Positions 9,593 to 19,877 of a stretch of 64,000 nucleotides of DNA are shown here, one piece after another (position 1 is the stretch's first letter; every line of letters starts with the position of its first letter). Under the pieces are notes generated by a model. It saw nothing but the letters and a program-made list of their open reading frames with translations, did no database searches and had not been told where the DNA came from. The DNA lies in IMG/VR virus record IMGVR_UViG_3300004151_000006, positions 186,001 to 250,000 of that record; one strand, given 5' to 3'. A program made the translations under genes and the position numbers.

Positions 9593-11501
9593 TCCACAGA
9601 CTCCATATTGGCTCATGGAACAACAGGGTATAGCTAAACAGCAAATCATACTTCAACTATCCGATGGTGCAGTCAAAATGTATGCACCCGATGCGATCAT
9701 CAATATGCTCTTGTGGCAAATATTTGTAAAGTTTAATATACCAATCAAGATCGAACATATTCAACCACGCATGCCACTTAATTCAAATAATCTAGCTAAG
9801 ATGCTCACCACTATTCACAATGAAGTAGCATTTATATATCCAGAAAAAGAATTTGAAAGAAAAGATGCTGTATTTACTACTATCAGTAATCTATATAATT
9901 TTATTGTAGAAGAACTCAATGCATATGTATCGAGTATTTCAGCACTTGATCTTTGTAAGATAATCACAGATCCAAAAGTAGTAGCTCTTAAGAAATCCAT
10001 GAATCTCAATACTGAATTGGGCACTGATGTCATTGAACAAAAAATCAATATAGCTAGTGTGGAATTACTTAGATTATTGGGTACTGAAGGTGAACTTTCC
10101 AATCAAACACTTCTTATTTATCAACAGACTGGTACTCTCAATAAGTTCCAAGTACCACAAATGTTATTAGCATATGGTCCACGTACTGATGTAGATGATG
10201 TCATTATTAGATACCCAGTACTTGATTGTGCAGTAGAAGGACTGGGTGATATTAAAGCTTTTGCTATTGAGTCTCTTTCTGCTAAGAAATCTGCATTTTA
10301 TAATAGAGTGGCTGTCACTGAATCTCAGTATACTGGACGTAAGCAGCATATCTTAGCATCATCCATTACTACCATTTATCCTGGTGACTGTGGTACATCA
10401 CTGACTGTAAAATTCTTGATCCATGAGAAAAATTATAAAGCTGTAGTTGGTAAGAATTTCATCAAAGATGGTGTAATGTATACTTTCAGAGAAGAGAATG
10501 AAGTTAAACCTTATATTGGACAATATGTAGAATTGCGTAGCCCATTGGTATGTAGATATCAAGATGGATATTGTTCAGTATGTGGTGGTCTCATTACTAG
10601 AAATATCAATAAGAAAATCAATGCTGGTATCTTAGCATCTATTGCAGTATTTGAGCCAACTACTCAGCGTATCTTATCTGCTAAACATTTAGTGAAAACA
10701 AGTTCACAAGTATATGACGTACCAGTAGAAGCCGCAGAATACTTTACTAGACTTAGTGCTGACATGATCTGTTGGACTACAGCCCTACATACTAAGTTAA
10801 AAGATTTATCTATGGGTGTTTCTAATAAAGATCTACCTGCTGGATCACTTACTGATATTCAGCATATTACCATGAACAAAAACTTAGATGAGGCGAAATA
10901 TAGTAATATCACCAATATCATACTCAGAGTCAATGCTACTGGTGAAGTATTCACTATTCCTTTAATGAATAATAATCAGTGCCCATTTTTCACTAAAGAA
11001 ATGCTTATGTATTTGCGCGATAGATATAAAGACATTGTAGCTGATGGGAATATGTATTGGTTACCTTTAGATGGTACACATCAGTTTCCAATATTTAAGT
11101 CTACAGTGATCAATGATAACATGATGCTCTTTGTGAAATCTGTGAAAGATTGTTTAGAAAGTAACATTGACAGTTATACTTCAGTATCATGTGCATTGAG
11201 AGATTTTTCTGATATAGTTTATTCTAAGGTGGACAATGCTGCACTCATGCATCTTGAAGTATTACTTAAAGCATACTTGATTAGTTCACCACTTGATTAT
11301 CGTATCCCAGTAGTGACAGATCCTGAGAATGTGAGATTTCAAACTCTTAAAAATGTCATAGCAAATAGATCCATTGGACAGAAGTTTGCACATGAATGTT
11401 TGGGTATCTATCTCGGTAATCCTACCGTGTATCTGGTACCTAAGCAAGGATCGGTCTTTGACATCTATGTGGGGATCATTGGTCCAAAGCAAGCTGCATA
11501 G
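9561..11501 (+). CDS. Non-virion RNA polymerase beta' subunit, C-terminal part (phiKZ gp74-like)
   Basis: Bridge-helix-like SEYTG/ESQYTGRK region, DCGT and RSPLVC-x5-CSVC Zn site, EPTTQRILSAKH; ATG 9561 after GGGGGAG. Confidence 0.9.
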   Translation: MIEVAYSQIVDPQTPYWLMEQQGIAKQQIILQLSDGAVKMYAPDAIINMLLWQIFVKFNIPIKIEHIQPRMPLNSNNLAKMLTTIHNEVAFIYPEKEFERKDAVFTTISNLYNFIVEELNAYVSSISALDLCKIITDPKVVALKKSMNLNTELGTDVIEQKINIASVELLRLLGTEGELSNQTLLIYQQTGTLNKFQVPQMLLAYGPRTDVDDVIIRYPVLDCAVEGLGDIKAFAIESLSAKKSAFYNRVAVTESQYTGRKQHILASSITTIYPGDCGTSLTVKFLIHEKNYKAVVGKNFIKDGVMYTFREENEVKPYIGQYVELRSPLVCRYQDGYCSVCGGLITRNINKKINAGILASIAVFEPTTQRILSAKHLVKTSSQVYDVPVEAAEYFTRLSADMICWTTALHTKLKDLSMGVSNKDLPAGSLTDIQHITMNKNLDEAKYSNITNIILRVNATGEVFTIPLMNNNQCPFFTKEMLMYLRDRYKDIVADGNMYWLPLDGTHQFPIFKSTVINDNMMLFVKSVKDCLESNIDSYTSVSCALRDFSDIVYSKVDNAALMHLEVLLKAYLISSPLDYRIPVVTDPENVRFQTLKNVIANRSIGQKFAHECLGIYLGNPTVYLVPKQGSVFDIYVGIIGPKQAA

Positions 11502-11538
11502 CTTGATTCCTTTATATTGGCAGGGGCGTTGAAGTACC

Positions 11539-11563
11539 AGGGGATCCCCAAAAGGGATCCCCT
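11539..11563. terminator. GC-rich hairpin after nvRNAP beta'
   Basis: AGGGGATCCC-CAAAA-GGGATCCCCT. Confidence 0.55.
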
Positions 11564-11574
11564 ATCTCTACTCT

Positions 11575-12042
11575 ATGGTTGGAGGTGTTGTGGTAAAAAA
11601 CGAATTGACGGAAAAAGAATGGATCATTAGGGAATCTAAAAAGTATTGGGTACATTATTGGTTTTATTTGACATTGGTTTTGTTTTATTCTTTGATTTAT
11701 TTTCCTTTTATTGATAAAACCATTACTTTTGGTGATTTCATGAATACATATATTTATGCAATGTCTGGTATGGCTTCAATTTGCGCGATTAAAGTGTTCA
11801 CAGATTGGGATATCACAGGAGCTATTTATAATAAAGATGGTAATGTGAGATTTATTATATATCTTGCAGCATTTGTTTATCTATTACAGGGGATGGGTAG
11901 AGTAGTAGTAGTTGTCATGTCACATATTAAGTATACATCTTCTTTAGATCTTAGTTTATTATCTATGTTTGGGTTTATATTCATAATCTTTGGAACATAT
12001 TCTATTGATATGATACAGGATCCAAAAGAGTATTATAAATAA
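11575..12042 (+). CDS. Hypothetical membrane protein (about 4 TM helices)
   Basis: Four hydrophobic segments in 155 aa; exact start uncertain. Confidence 0.65.
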   Translation: MVGGVVVKNELTEKEWIIRESKKYWVHYWFYLTLVLFYSLIYFPFIDKTITFGDFMNTYIYAMSGMASICAIKVFTDWDITGAIYNKDGNVRFIIYLAAFVYLLQGMGRVVVVVMSHIKYTSSLDLSLLSMFGFIFIIFGTYSIDMIQDPKEYYK

Positions 12043-12105
12043 ATATATATCCACATTTGACTACCATCATACAGGAGAATTACCATGAAATGAGAGGAGT
12101 AATAT

Positions 12106-13575
12106 ATGATTAATATTTTTATACATAATACATATTTTAATTTTGCATGTCCACCCAATGGTGAATTGATATCTGGTAAACTCAATATAAATAGATTCTT
12201 ATGGAATATCACTGAATCTACATGGAATCCACGTATACGAAAATGGCAGAAGCAATATGTGTATTGCTATTATGATAGACGTACAAAGATGTTACATTTT
12301 CCACGATATATTTTAGATCTATTTTTAGAATACATTAAACATGTAGAATATATTACTACATATATACCAGCTTCACCACCAAGAGAGATCAGTGTAAAAC
12401 TAAAACCGAATATCGAAGATAAAGACGATCAGGTGGATCTTATTGAATACATCACCGATCCGAATGAACATGTGAAATTATTAGAAGCTTCTACTGGTAT
12501 TGGTAAGACGTATTGCACTATCAAAAGTGGATTGGTTAAATTGGGTTATGTCACTATGATACAGACTGCTAGTCTTATTGAACAGTGGAAAGTTGAAGTA
12601 CTCAAATTTACTAAGATCAATGAAAAAGATATTTATATATTGCAGGGTAGTAACAGCATAGCTAAATTACTCAAGACTAAAGGATATAAACCAAAATGTA
12701 TCATAGCTTCATTACGCACATTACACAACTATGCAGTATATAAAAAAGAACCCTATATACATTTCCCACCACTCAATGAATTCTTAGCTAAATATGGTGT
12801 AGGATTTCGTGGAGTAGATGAAGTTCATGAAAACTTCTTTGCTAATGTGATGATAGATCTCAATTGTGATGTGGAACATACAGTCAATCTATCTGCCACA
12901 TATGGGAGAAGTAATAATCAAAGTAATAAGATATTTCATTTAGTGTATCCTGAGTTCTTACGATATGGTAGTCACCACAATATGAAATATACGAAGGTAT
13001 TCATGTATGGGTATCAGCTGACATATTACATGGAGAAAGCTAGACTCATTGGTCAGAGTGGATATATGCAATGTAAATATGAAGGTATCATCTGTCATCA
13101 CAAGATCACACAAGATGTATTTTTAGATCAAGTCATTTATCCATTGGTGCAATCCCACTATATCAACTATCATAAACCTGGAGAGAAACTCTTAGTCTTA
13201 TGTTCCACTAGAAACTTAGTAGAATTATTAGCAAGATATCTTTCTCATAAGTATCCAGATCTTAGAGTGATCACTTACATGAGTGAAGATGATGATGAAA
13301 AACACCAGAATTGTGATATTATTGTATCTACTATTAAATCTTCAGGTACTGGTAGAGATATCAAAAAGTTGATCACATGTATCAATACTACAAGTTTTAA
13401 ATCTGAGACACTCACCAAACAATGTTTGGGCAGACTCAGACATATGAAAGATAGAGATACAATATTTATAGATATTTATAATAAACATCTCCACTCACAC
13501 TGTGAACATAAACGGATCAGACAGAAGATCTATGAGGATAGGGCACTCACCTTTCAACAACTTGATATCAACTAA
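12106..13575 (+). CDS. SF2 DExH helicase (phiKZ gp75-like, UvsW-related)
   Basis: Walker A ASTGIGKT, motif II DEVH, motif III LSAT, GTGRDI, motif VI QCLGRLR; follows the gp74-like gene as in phiKZ. Confidence 0.9.
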   Translation: MINIFIHNTYFNFACPPNGELISGKLNINRFLWNITESTWNPRIRKWQKQYVYCYYDRRTKMLHFPRYILDLFLEYIKHVEYITTYIPASPPREISVKLKPNIEDKDDQVDLIEYITDPNEHVKLLEASTGIGKTYCTIKSGLVKLGYVTMIQTASLIEQWKVEVLKFTKINEKDIYILQGSNSIAKLLKTKGYKPKCIIASLRTLHNYAVYKKEPYIHFPPLNEFLAKYGVGFRGVDEVHENFFANVMIDLNCDVEHTVNLSATYGRSNNQSNKIFHLVYPEFLRYGSHHNMKYTKVFMYGYQLTYYMEKARLIGQSGYMQCKYEGIICHHKITQDVFLDQVIYPLVQSHYINYHKPGEKLLVLCSTRNLVELLARYLSHKYPDLRVITYMSEDDDEKHQNCDIIVSTIKSSGTGRDIKKLITCINTTSFKSETLTKQCLGRLRHMKDRDTIFIDIYNKHLHSHCEHKRIRQKIYEDRALTFQQLDIN

Positions 13576-13581
13576 TGGAGG

Positions 13582-14493
13582 ATGTATATGGCAAGCTTTA
13601 AAGACAATATGGAAAAGTTTAGACTGTTTAAAAAACAACTTAATGATATTGATCCAGAGTGGATAGTATTGCGTTTGAAGTTTAGTATTGATGTAAAAAA
13701 TCTTGATATTTATGTCCGTGCCAATTTAGAGAAAAATGATAAACAGTATAAATTGAATTTTAATGATTCACCAAATAATGATGATGTTGGATGGGTTGGT
13801 GTGACATCTTCAGAAGTCAATCATAATTTTAGACTTTATATGGGATTGGATAGTTTATTTGATTTCATGATACAATATTACCGACAAGAATGTGCTATTA
13901 GAGATTCTACAGTATTTAATTGCGTTATGCAGCATGATTCCTATTCTATCAGTTATGATCCAAAAGAATGTAACAATGATGTCATGTATCCATTTGTTAT
14001 TTATTATACTGGGGCAGCCAATGATATTGATATCAACTCATTTAAAACTCTTCCTAAATATAAAAGTCTTTTACTCAAGGCTTTAAATAAATTATATGAA
14101 GAAAATGCACTTGCTGATACTATTTGTATTGATGTAGATATTTTTAATGTGAAAGAAAAAGATACACCACAGATCAGTAAATCATTTTGGTATACTGTTG
14201 GAGATCTCCGTAATACCTTAAATACTGCAGCTATGTCAGATGAACGTGATGATAGATTGTATGAATTTTTGAATAAGCTTGAAAATTTATATATTGATGA
14301 ATCACTTATACCCACTACAGTTATTCAGTGTGTGTATACTTTAACAAATAATGATACTTTAATGTTACAATTTTCAATTAATGACAATGATAATCCTAGT
14401 CATAAAGGCTTTATTTATGGTTCTGAGAAATCTATGGGTGTGTTGATTGATATTGAAACTTTGATAAAGAATGGTATCTTTCATAATGAGTAA
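13582..14493 (+). CDS. Hypothetical protein, 303 aa
   Basis: ORF with GGAGG RBS; no motif recognised. Confidence 0.7.
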   Translation: MYMASFKDNMEKFRLFKKQLNDIDPEWIVLRLKFSIDVKNLDIYVRANLEKNDKQYKLNFNDSPNNDDVGWVGVTSSEVNHNFRLYMGLDSLFDFMIQYYRQECAIRDSTVFNCVMQHDSYSISYDPKECNNDVMYPFVIYYTGAANDIDINSFKTLPKYKSLLLKALNKLYEENALADTICIDVDIFNVKEKDTPQISKSFWYTVGDLRNTLNTAAMSDERDDRLYEFLNKLENLYIDESLIPTTVIQCVYTLTNNDTLMLQFSINDNDNPSHKGFIYGSEKSMGVLIDIETLIKNGIFHNE

Positions 14494-14504
14494 TTAATGA
14501 ATAC

Positions 14505-14534
14505 TGCATGGGTGGGGATATCCCCACCCATGCA
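14505..14534. terminator. Perfect 30-bp palindrome between convergent genes (bidirectional terminator candidate)
   Basis: TGCATGGGTGGGGAT|ATCCCCACCCATGCA. Confidence 0.7.
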
Positions 14535-16037
14535 TCAAGAGAACTTTATTATTTTTTTGTCTTGTACATATTTAACATTGTTGTTTAAACAGATATAAGC
14601 TTTTTCTAATTGAGTACCGACATACATGGCATGGCCTATATCAGATATACATTGGTTGATATAGAGAAGGTGTTGTATCTCTTGTGGGGTACACCCTTCA
14701 TAGTGTGCTAACTCTATATTTTCATGATCAAAATGATAAGCATGTATGAGCTTTTTATCTGGATCTGTAGTGATTTTAATATATCCATATCTATCTAATT
14801 TTATCCTTGGATGTCTAGTAAGATATGATTCTATTTGATTTGATATTTGACCAATATTGTTTGGATCAAGTGAAATAGAATGTGAGATGATAGTGAGCAA
14901 TCCGACATTTAATTCTGTTTGATAACAAACTCTTTTTAACACTAAAAATAAACCACAAGCATTTTTTATCCAAGCTAATGCACCATTGTGACTACGAAAG
15001 TTTACAGTCAAATGTACTTTATTATCTATCTTTCTAAAAAATAAAGATACCATACAGGGTCTACCTGATATGCGATTAATATCTTTAGTATTGTCCCAAA
15101 GAGTGATATAGCATCTTCTTCTATCACCAGGTAACATGAGTTCATGTATTACTTTTTGAAGATTGTTTTCATTGTTGAAATGTTTAGTGATCCTATTCCC
15201 ATAAGAATAGGTTTGACCTTCATCTATCTCAGGAGACATGAGTGTATCTGCATAACTTTTTAATTCAGCTTTAGTTAAATTACATTCTTTTAACTCCAGA
15301 TCTGTTAGATAATCTATACCTTCTGATTCAATTACCACTTTTAAATTAAGAAGTTCTTTTCTTTGTTTATCATTACTAAATTCTCTCATGACTCCAAATT
15401 TATTAAGCTTGAAGAGTACTTCTCTCCAAGCAGTGAGTACACATTTTTGAATGACTGTGTGTCCAGCTATATTGCTTGGTGCAGTATCAGATATAGCTAT
15501 TAATTCAGGAGATATTACCCTTTTCACAGATGGGTTATCTTTAGGGATATAATGATTGAGATAACTAAGTAGGAGTGGAAGATCAGTGATAGTATTTGTA
15601 GATATGATTTTGAAAGTAAAATTCCTATCTTTAAATTTATATGGTAAGATGAATGGATCTAATAAATATTTACCACAATCAGTATCTATGTAATGTTTAT
15701 CATATTCTACAATTTCTTCAGTGGATACATCTTTATATTGTTGGGTAGATTCAAATCGAAATACCTCATCATTAAAATACGCTTTTAAATAATCAGAGCC
15801 ATGTCCAAGTTCTTTACCAAACACCAACAATGTATCTATTTGTGGGTTGTATAAAAGATTTCTCAATAAAATATTTAATCCACCACCATAGAGTCCACCT
15901 ACTACACATACTGGTCCATTATGACTCAGTGTATTAATGATATTTTCTGGTGGAGACCAGAGGGTACAGATAGCTACTGTACCCTCTTGGTTTATAAGGT
16001 GGACACCTTTGGATGGATATAATAGTTTAATGGACAT
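14535..16037 (-). CDS. thyA: Thymidylate synthase-family protein fused to an N-terminal MtrA-like and a C-terminal DUF4346-like domain
   Basis: TS core: YSYGNRI, RRCYITLWD, catalytic PC (GRPCM), FRSHN, WIKN, HSISL. N-terminus VAICTLWS...GGLYGGGLNILLRNLLYNP; C-terminus DRYGYIKI...GHAMYVGTQLEKAY...KYVQD. Confidence 0.75.
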   Translation of the reverse strand: MSIKLLYPSKGVHLINQEGTVAICTLWSPPENIINTLSHNGPVCVVGGLYGGGLNILLRNLLYNPQIDTLLVFGKELGHGSDYLKAYFNDEVFRFESTQQYKDVSTEEIVEYDKHYIDTDCGKYLLDPFILPYKFKDRNFTFKIISTNTITDLPLLLSYLNHYIPKDNPSVKRVISPELIAISDTAPSNIAGHTVIQKCVLTAWREVLFKLNKFGVMREFSNDKQRKELLNLKVVIESEGIDYLTDLELKECNLTKAELKSYADTLMSPEIDEGQTYSYGNRITKHFNNENNLQKVIHELMLPGDRRRCYITLWDNTKDINRISGRPCMVSLFFRKIDNKVHLTVNFRSHNGALAWIKNACGLFLVLKRVCYQTELNVGLLTIISHSISLDPNNIGQISNQIESYLTRHPRIKLDRYGYIKITTDPDKKLIHAYHFDHENIELAHYEGCTPQEIQHLLYINQCISDIGHAMYVGTQLEKAYICLNNNVKYVQDKKIIKFS

Positions 16038-16584
16038 TGTCTATTAACAATGATGGAATGGTTCTAATGGATGATGTATTGAAAATACTATTAGTAAAAA
16101 CTTCGATACTTTCTGTAGTTAGAGTCAATTGTTCAAATGTATCAAATTCAGAGATAATAGAATTATCTGGCATTTTATTTGTATTTATTGAAACATATGG
16201 ATATTCATAATAAATATGTTTAACTCCAGCTCTATATAAAATCTCAGCACAATTGATACATGGTGATGTGGTGATATATACACTACCATTAATGACACTA
16301 TTCATCATATTTATAGTTCTTAAGTAATTGAGTGCATTTATTTCAGCATGAATAGAATTACAGAATAATTGTTTTTCAGCAGCTTCACGTTTCTTACAAT
16401 AGACTTTATCTTCAGTAGTTTTATCAATACAATGTTCTTCTCCAGATAATGCACCATTGTATCCAGTTGAAATGATTCGTTTATCATTCACGATCACACA
16501 TCCCACTTTACGTACAGAGCAAGTGGATCGTGAGCTCACGATCTTTGTAATGCACATAAAGTATTGATTCCAATCTGGTCTCAT
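16027..16584 (-). CDS. dCMP deaminase (ComEB/dCMP deaminase family)
   Basis: RSTCSVRKVGCVIV...STGYNG, HAEINAL and SPCINCA Zn motifs. Confidence 0.9.
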   Translation of the reverse strand: MRPDWNQYFMCITKIVSSRSTCSVRKVGCVIVNDKRIISTGYNGALSGEEHCIDKTTEDKVYCKKREAAEKQLFCNSIHAEINALNYLRTINMMNSVINGSVYITTSPCINCAEILYRAGVKHIYYEYPYVSINTNKMPDNSIISEFDTFEQLTLTTESIEVFTNSIFNTSSIRTIPSLLIDNVH

Positions 16585-16588
16585 GTAT

Positions 16589-17260
16589 TTACTCCTTTTC
16601 TTTGATTAGTCTATGTGTAGTTCTACCAGATACACCACTAAATACTGAGTTAAAATCTCTATATAAACTTTTATGATTTTGAATACGGGGCCAACGTTTG
16701 ATCATATCTTTAGGTACTGTATCATAGATCTTTACTTCATGCCAAGCCGGACATCCGGGATTCATCATATTTGGAATTGGATATGCATAATACGGATATT
16801 TGTTTAAAGTGGATGAGTTACCACCAATAACAACTATTTGAATATCACAGTGTTCTAACATAGAGAGATAGATACGGTGCATCCCATCACATATCAACCA
16901 ATTAAAATTACCATTTGACATAGTAGAACCTTCTACTATTGGAGGTAAAAGATCAATTTCAAATACACCACCAACATTAGGATATTTAACAGATAGGGTA
17001 ACATATCCATCAAGTTGAAACATATCGATATCGTGCGTCTTTAGTGAATAGTTTAAATTACGAATTTTAATCAATTCATCTTTAGATAAATAATATTGAC
17101 ATGGATAAAGTGTTTCATTTTGTTCATTATTAATTTCTAACCTAACATTACTATCTTTATAAATTTTAATATCTGGATAGCTCATTAAAGTCACTTGTTT
17201 CAATTTATTGATCAATATTTCCACATCATGATGCTTGATATCAATGATTTCCATTTCCAT
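16589..17260 (-). CDS. ParB/sulfiredoxin-fold protein, putative nucleotide-processing enzyme
   Basis: LLPPIVE...LICDGMHR motif. Confidence 0.55.
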   Translation of the reverse strand: MEMEIIDIKHHDVEILINKLKQVTLMSYPDIKIYKDSNVRLEINNEQNETLYPCQYYLSKDELIKIRNLNYSLKTHDIDMFQLDGYVTLSVKYPNVGGVFEIDLLPPIVEGSTMSNGNFNWLICDGMHRIYLSMLEHCDIQIVVIGGNSSTLNKYPYYAYPIPNMMNPGCPAWHEVKIYDTVPKDMIKRWPRIQNHKSLYRDFNSVFSGVSGRTTHRLIKEKE

Positions 17261-17943
17261 TAGTACATCCCCAATTGACGTCTGTGACTGACGTGTTGTA
17301 GTTGATCCATGTGTGCAAGAATTTGCTCATAAGTGGTCACTGAATATAAATTTTTATGTATTCCAGGTAACTCTTCAAGTTTATGATTAAACCAAATAGC
17401 TTTACCACCAAGCTTTAACATAGGGATAATATCATTGTCCCAATGATCACCTATGATACAAAGATTAGATACATTATATCCAAGATCATCAATCACTTTA
17501 CGATAGAATTCACCATAAGGTTTTCTACATCCCATTTCGTGACTAAGATATTTCTTTTTAGCATTAAGATTGAATTTGATGAAATTATCTCTGAATGCCC
17601 GATAAAAAGGTCCCCAAATATTAGAGACCAAACAATATTCAAATTCAGAATCGATTACACTATTAGTAAATTCTTTACTACCTTTCATTGGAAATGATTC
17701 TAATTCTTGATGTCGAATGATTTCCATAAGTGACACTTTATCTTTTAATTCAAATTCTATACCACAACGATATTCAATATTTCGAACAAGTCCATTGACA
17801 TCATTTCCATAATCCATAGTAAATAAGATTTTTTTGAGTATATCTTTTTTATTTTTTGAGATGTTGATATTTTGCATGATTTGTTGGACTGGTGGTTGTT
17901 TATTGTCTAATAGTGTTTGACCGATATCAAACATAAAGAACAT
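17260..17943 (-). CDS. HAD-superfamily hydrolase (nucleotidase-like)
   Basis: Motif I FDIGQTL, motif III KP, motif IV IGDHWDNDI; AGGAGG RBS. Confidence 0.85.
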   Translation of the reverse strand: MFFMFDIGQTLLDNKQPPVQQIMQNINISKNKKDILKKILFTMDYGNDVNGLVRNIEYRCGIEFELKDKVSLMEIIRHQELESFPMKGSKEFTNSVIDSEFEYCLVSNIWGPFYRAFRDNFIKFNLNAKKKYLSHEMGCRKPYGEFYRKVIDDLGYNVSNLCIIGDHWDNDIIPMLKLGGKAIWFNHKLEELPGIHKNLYSVTTYEQILAHMDQLQHVSHRRQLGMY

Positions 17944-18023
17944 AGGTTCCTCCTTTAGGATATATTTTTAACAATAAACTATTATGAGATTACAACAATG
18001 CATATAAAGTGATACAATAGATA

Positions 18024-18055
18024 TATGGATGCAGGCGTATACGCCTGCATCCATA
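18024..18055. terminator. Perfect 32-bp palindrome
   Basis: TATGGATGCAGGCGTA|TACGCCTGCATCCATA. Confidence 0.65.
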
Positions 18056-18064
18056 CAGTGTGGA

Positions 18065-18487
18065 CTATTCTTGTTTAAGAATAAATGGGAGTGCATTATA
18101 TGCTCTACGGATTTCATTTAATGTATATTGATGTTCAGCTACGTTGGTGAGATTATGAAATGCGGGGAGCATACCTATGACATCTCCAAATGGTCCATGG
18201 ATACTTGCAGCCACTGTAAATGGTTTAGTTTCATCTAAAAATTCAGTGGGGACAGCCTCACCTTTTTCATCATATTGTGCAAAATAGACCCACATATAGT
18301 TCGCACCACAAGGATTTTTCAATGGTACCATAGCACGAGGAAAACCAATACCAGTGTTAGGATCTTTAATAGCTACAGTGATGGTCATATGAAGTAGGTC
18401 AACTAATGTATCAGTATTTTTCAAAGGGATATGTGGAATATTAAAGATATCGGGTACCGGGATATTTTGTTGAGCTTGAAGAGGCAT
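18065..18487 (-). CDS. Hypothetical protein downstream of fibre tip A (possible fibre chaperone)
   Basis: TAAGGAG RBS before ATG 18487 (MPLQAQQ); function suggested by position only. Confidence 0.55.
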   Translation of the reverse strand: MPLQAQQNIPVPDIFNIPHIPLKNTDTLVDLLHMTITVAIKDPNTGIGFPRAMVPLKNPCGANYMWVYFAQYDEKGEAVPTEFLDETKPFTVAASIHGPFGDVIGMLPAFHNLTNVAEHQYTLNEIRRAYNALPFILKQE

Positions 18488-18584
18488 GATCTTCTCCTTA
18501 AGGGTATGTGTATGTGTAGACCCATCTGATGGGACATGTAGACTCTCTCGTAGTATATCCAATTTACTTACTCAAAAAAATATA

Positions 18585-19832
18585 TCACGATTTAGCTAAT
18601 CTACACCCAATGACCGAATATCCAGATCCATCCCAATATGAATTGTCATATGTAAATAATCCAGCATTATACCAATCATTACCTCTCCCACCAGATAACC
18701 AAGTATATGGACTATTGGTATATATTGTACAATAATCCGGAAATGTAGAATTAGATTCACTCCCATCAGTTAAAGAAGGTATAAATAATTCCATAAGATC
18801 GTGTATATTTTCATATTCATTGGTACTTGTACCAATAGTGAAACTACCATCACATATATCAACTATCCAACCCCTACCACTAGTATTGTGATCTAAAGTT
18901 AATGTATTGCTATTCAGTGGGTCAGTGAGTAGCAACTGTCTAGTATCTTCATCATATTTTATATTAGGTAAAATACACCAATAATGTGCCCAAAGATCAC
19001 ACATATACAGTGCATTTGATCCAGTTTTTCCTGTCTTAGGATATGTATTATGTGCAGTATTATCACCCCAAATACTTTGTACATTACTACCATTTCCAAA
19101 GATGAGAAGTAATATCTTAAGCAAGCTCATATCCCAAATATCAAAGAGTCTGAATCCAGTATATCCACCGCTATTTCTATTGAGAGCATATGTATTGAAT
19201 GTAGTTGGGGTCTTACTGGCAGTTACAGTTTTATTATATTTAGATGTAATACAAGTTTTTGTCCTCACTGTTTCTGTATTAGCTAAATAGGTACCCCACC
19301 AAATTTTATCTTTGATTGTATTGTCACGTTTAAATGCTGTTGCGGGTCTAAACCCAAGGTTTGGTGCATCAGCTATCCACCAACATTTTTTTCCAACACT
19401 ATCACTACCCATTGGACCGGATACATCCGTTTTGATATACAAGGTTGGTACTTCCATCATGATACATCCATCTATAGTGATTTGTTTTAATTTTGAATAT
19501 ATTGGATGAGAGGTATAAACAAAATCACTGATAAAATTACCCTGCCAATCAATAGTTTTAAATTGTCCACTGCCACCACCAGTAGATACCATACAAATTC
19601 CAACAATGTTAGCTGTTGGTCCAATGATAAAAGGTAGATCTACTATACTCCATTCACTATATCCGAGTTCATCAGTATAATAACGCACTCTAGCATATAT
19701 TGGTTTACCTTCTGGAAGATCTACTCCTTTTTCCACTATATCAATAGATTCAACATAAGTATCTAGATATTCATAGATCAGTGTAGAGAAGTCTTGCACT
19801 ATACTGATTTGAAAATGTGTTTTTGTTTCCAT
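18585..19832 (-). CDS. Tail-fibre tip A: half FN3-like N-terminal module plus C-type-lectin (Mtd/FGE-like) domain
   Basis: N-terminus THFQIS...PIYARVRY...GYSEWS; MMEVPTLY, WWGTYLA, DLWAHYW; C-terminus LSGGRGNDWYNAGLF...VIGCRL typical of CLec-fold adhesins. Confidence 0.65.
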   Translation of the reverse strand: METKTHFQISIVQDFSTLIYEYLDTYVESIDIVEKGVDLPEGKPIYARVRYYTDELGYSEWSIVDLPFIIGPTANIVGICMVSTGGGSGQFKTIDWQGNFISDFVYTSHPIYSKLKQITIDGCIMMEVPTLYIKTDVSGPMGSDSVGKKCWWIADAPNLGFRPATAFKRDNTIKDKIWWGTYLANTETVRTKTCITSKYNKTVTASKTPTTFNTYALNRNSGGYTGFRLFDIWDMSLLKILLLIFGNGSNVQSIWGDNTAHNTYPKTGKTGSNALYMCDLWAHYWCILPNIKYDEDTRQLLLTDPLNSNTLTLDHNTSGRGWIVDICDGSFTIGTSTNEYENIHDLMELFIPSLTDGSESNSTFPDYCTIYTNSPYTWLSGGRGNDWYNAGLFTYDNSYWDGSGYSVIGCRLAKS

Positions 19833-19877
19833 AATTAATCCTTTTTAAATAGATCTATATGTTGATTATAATGCATA

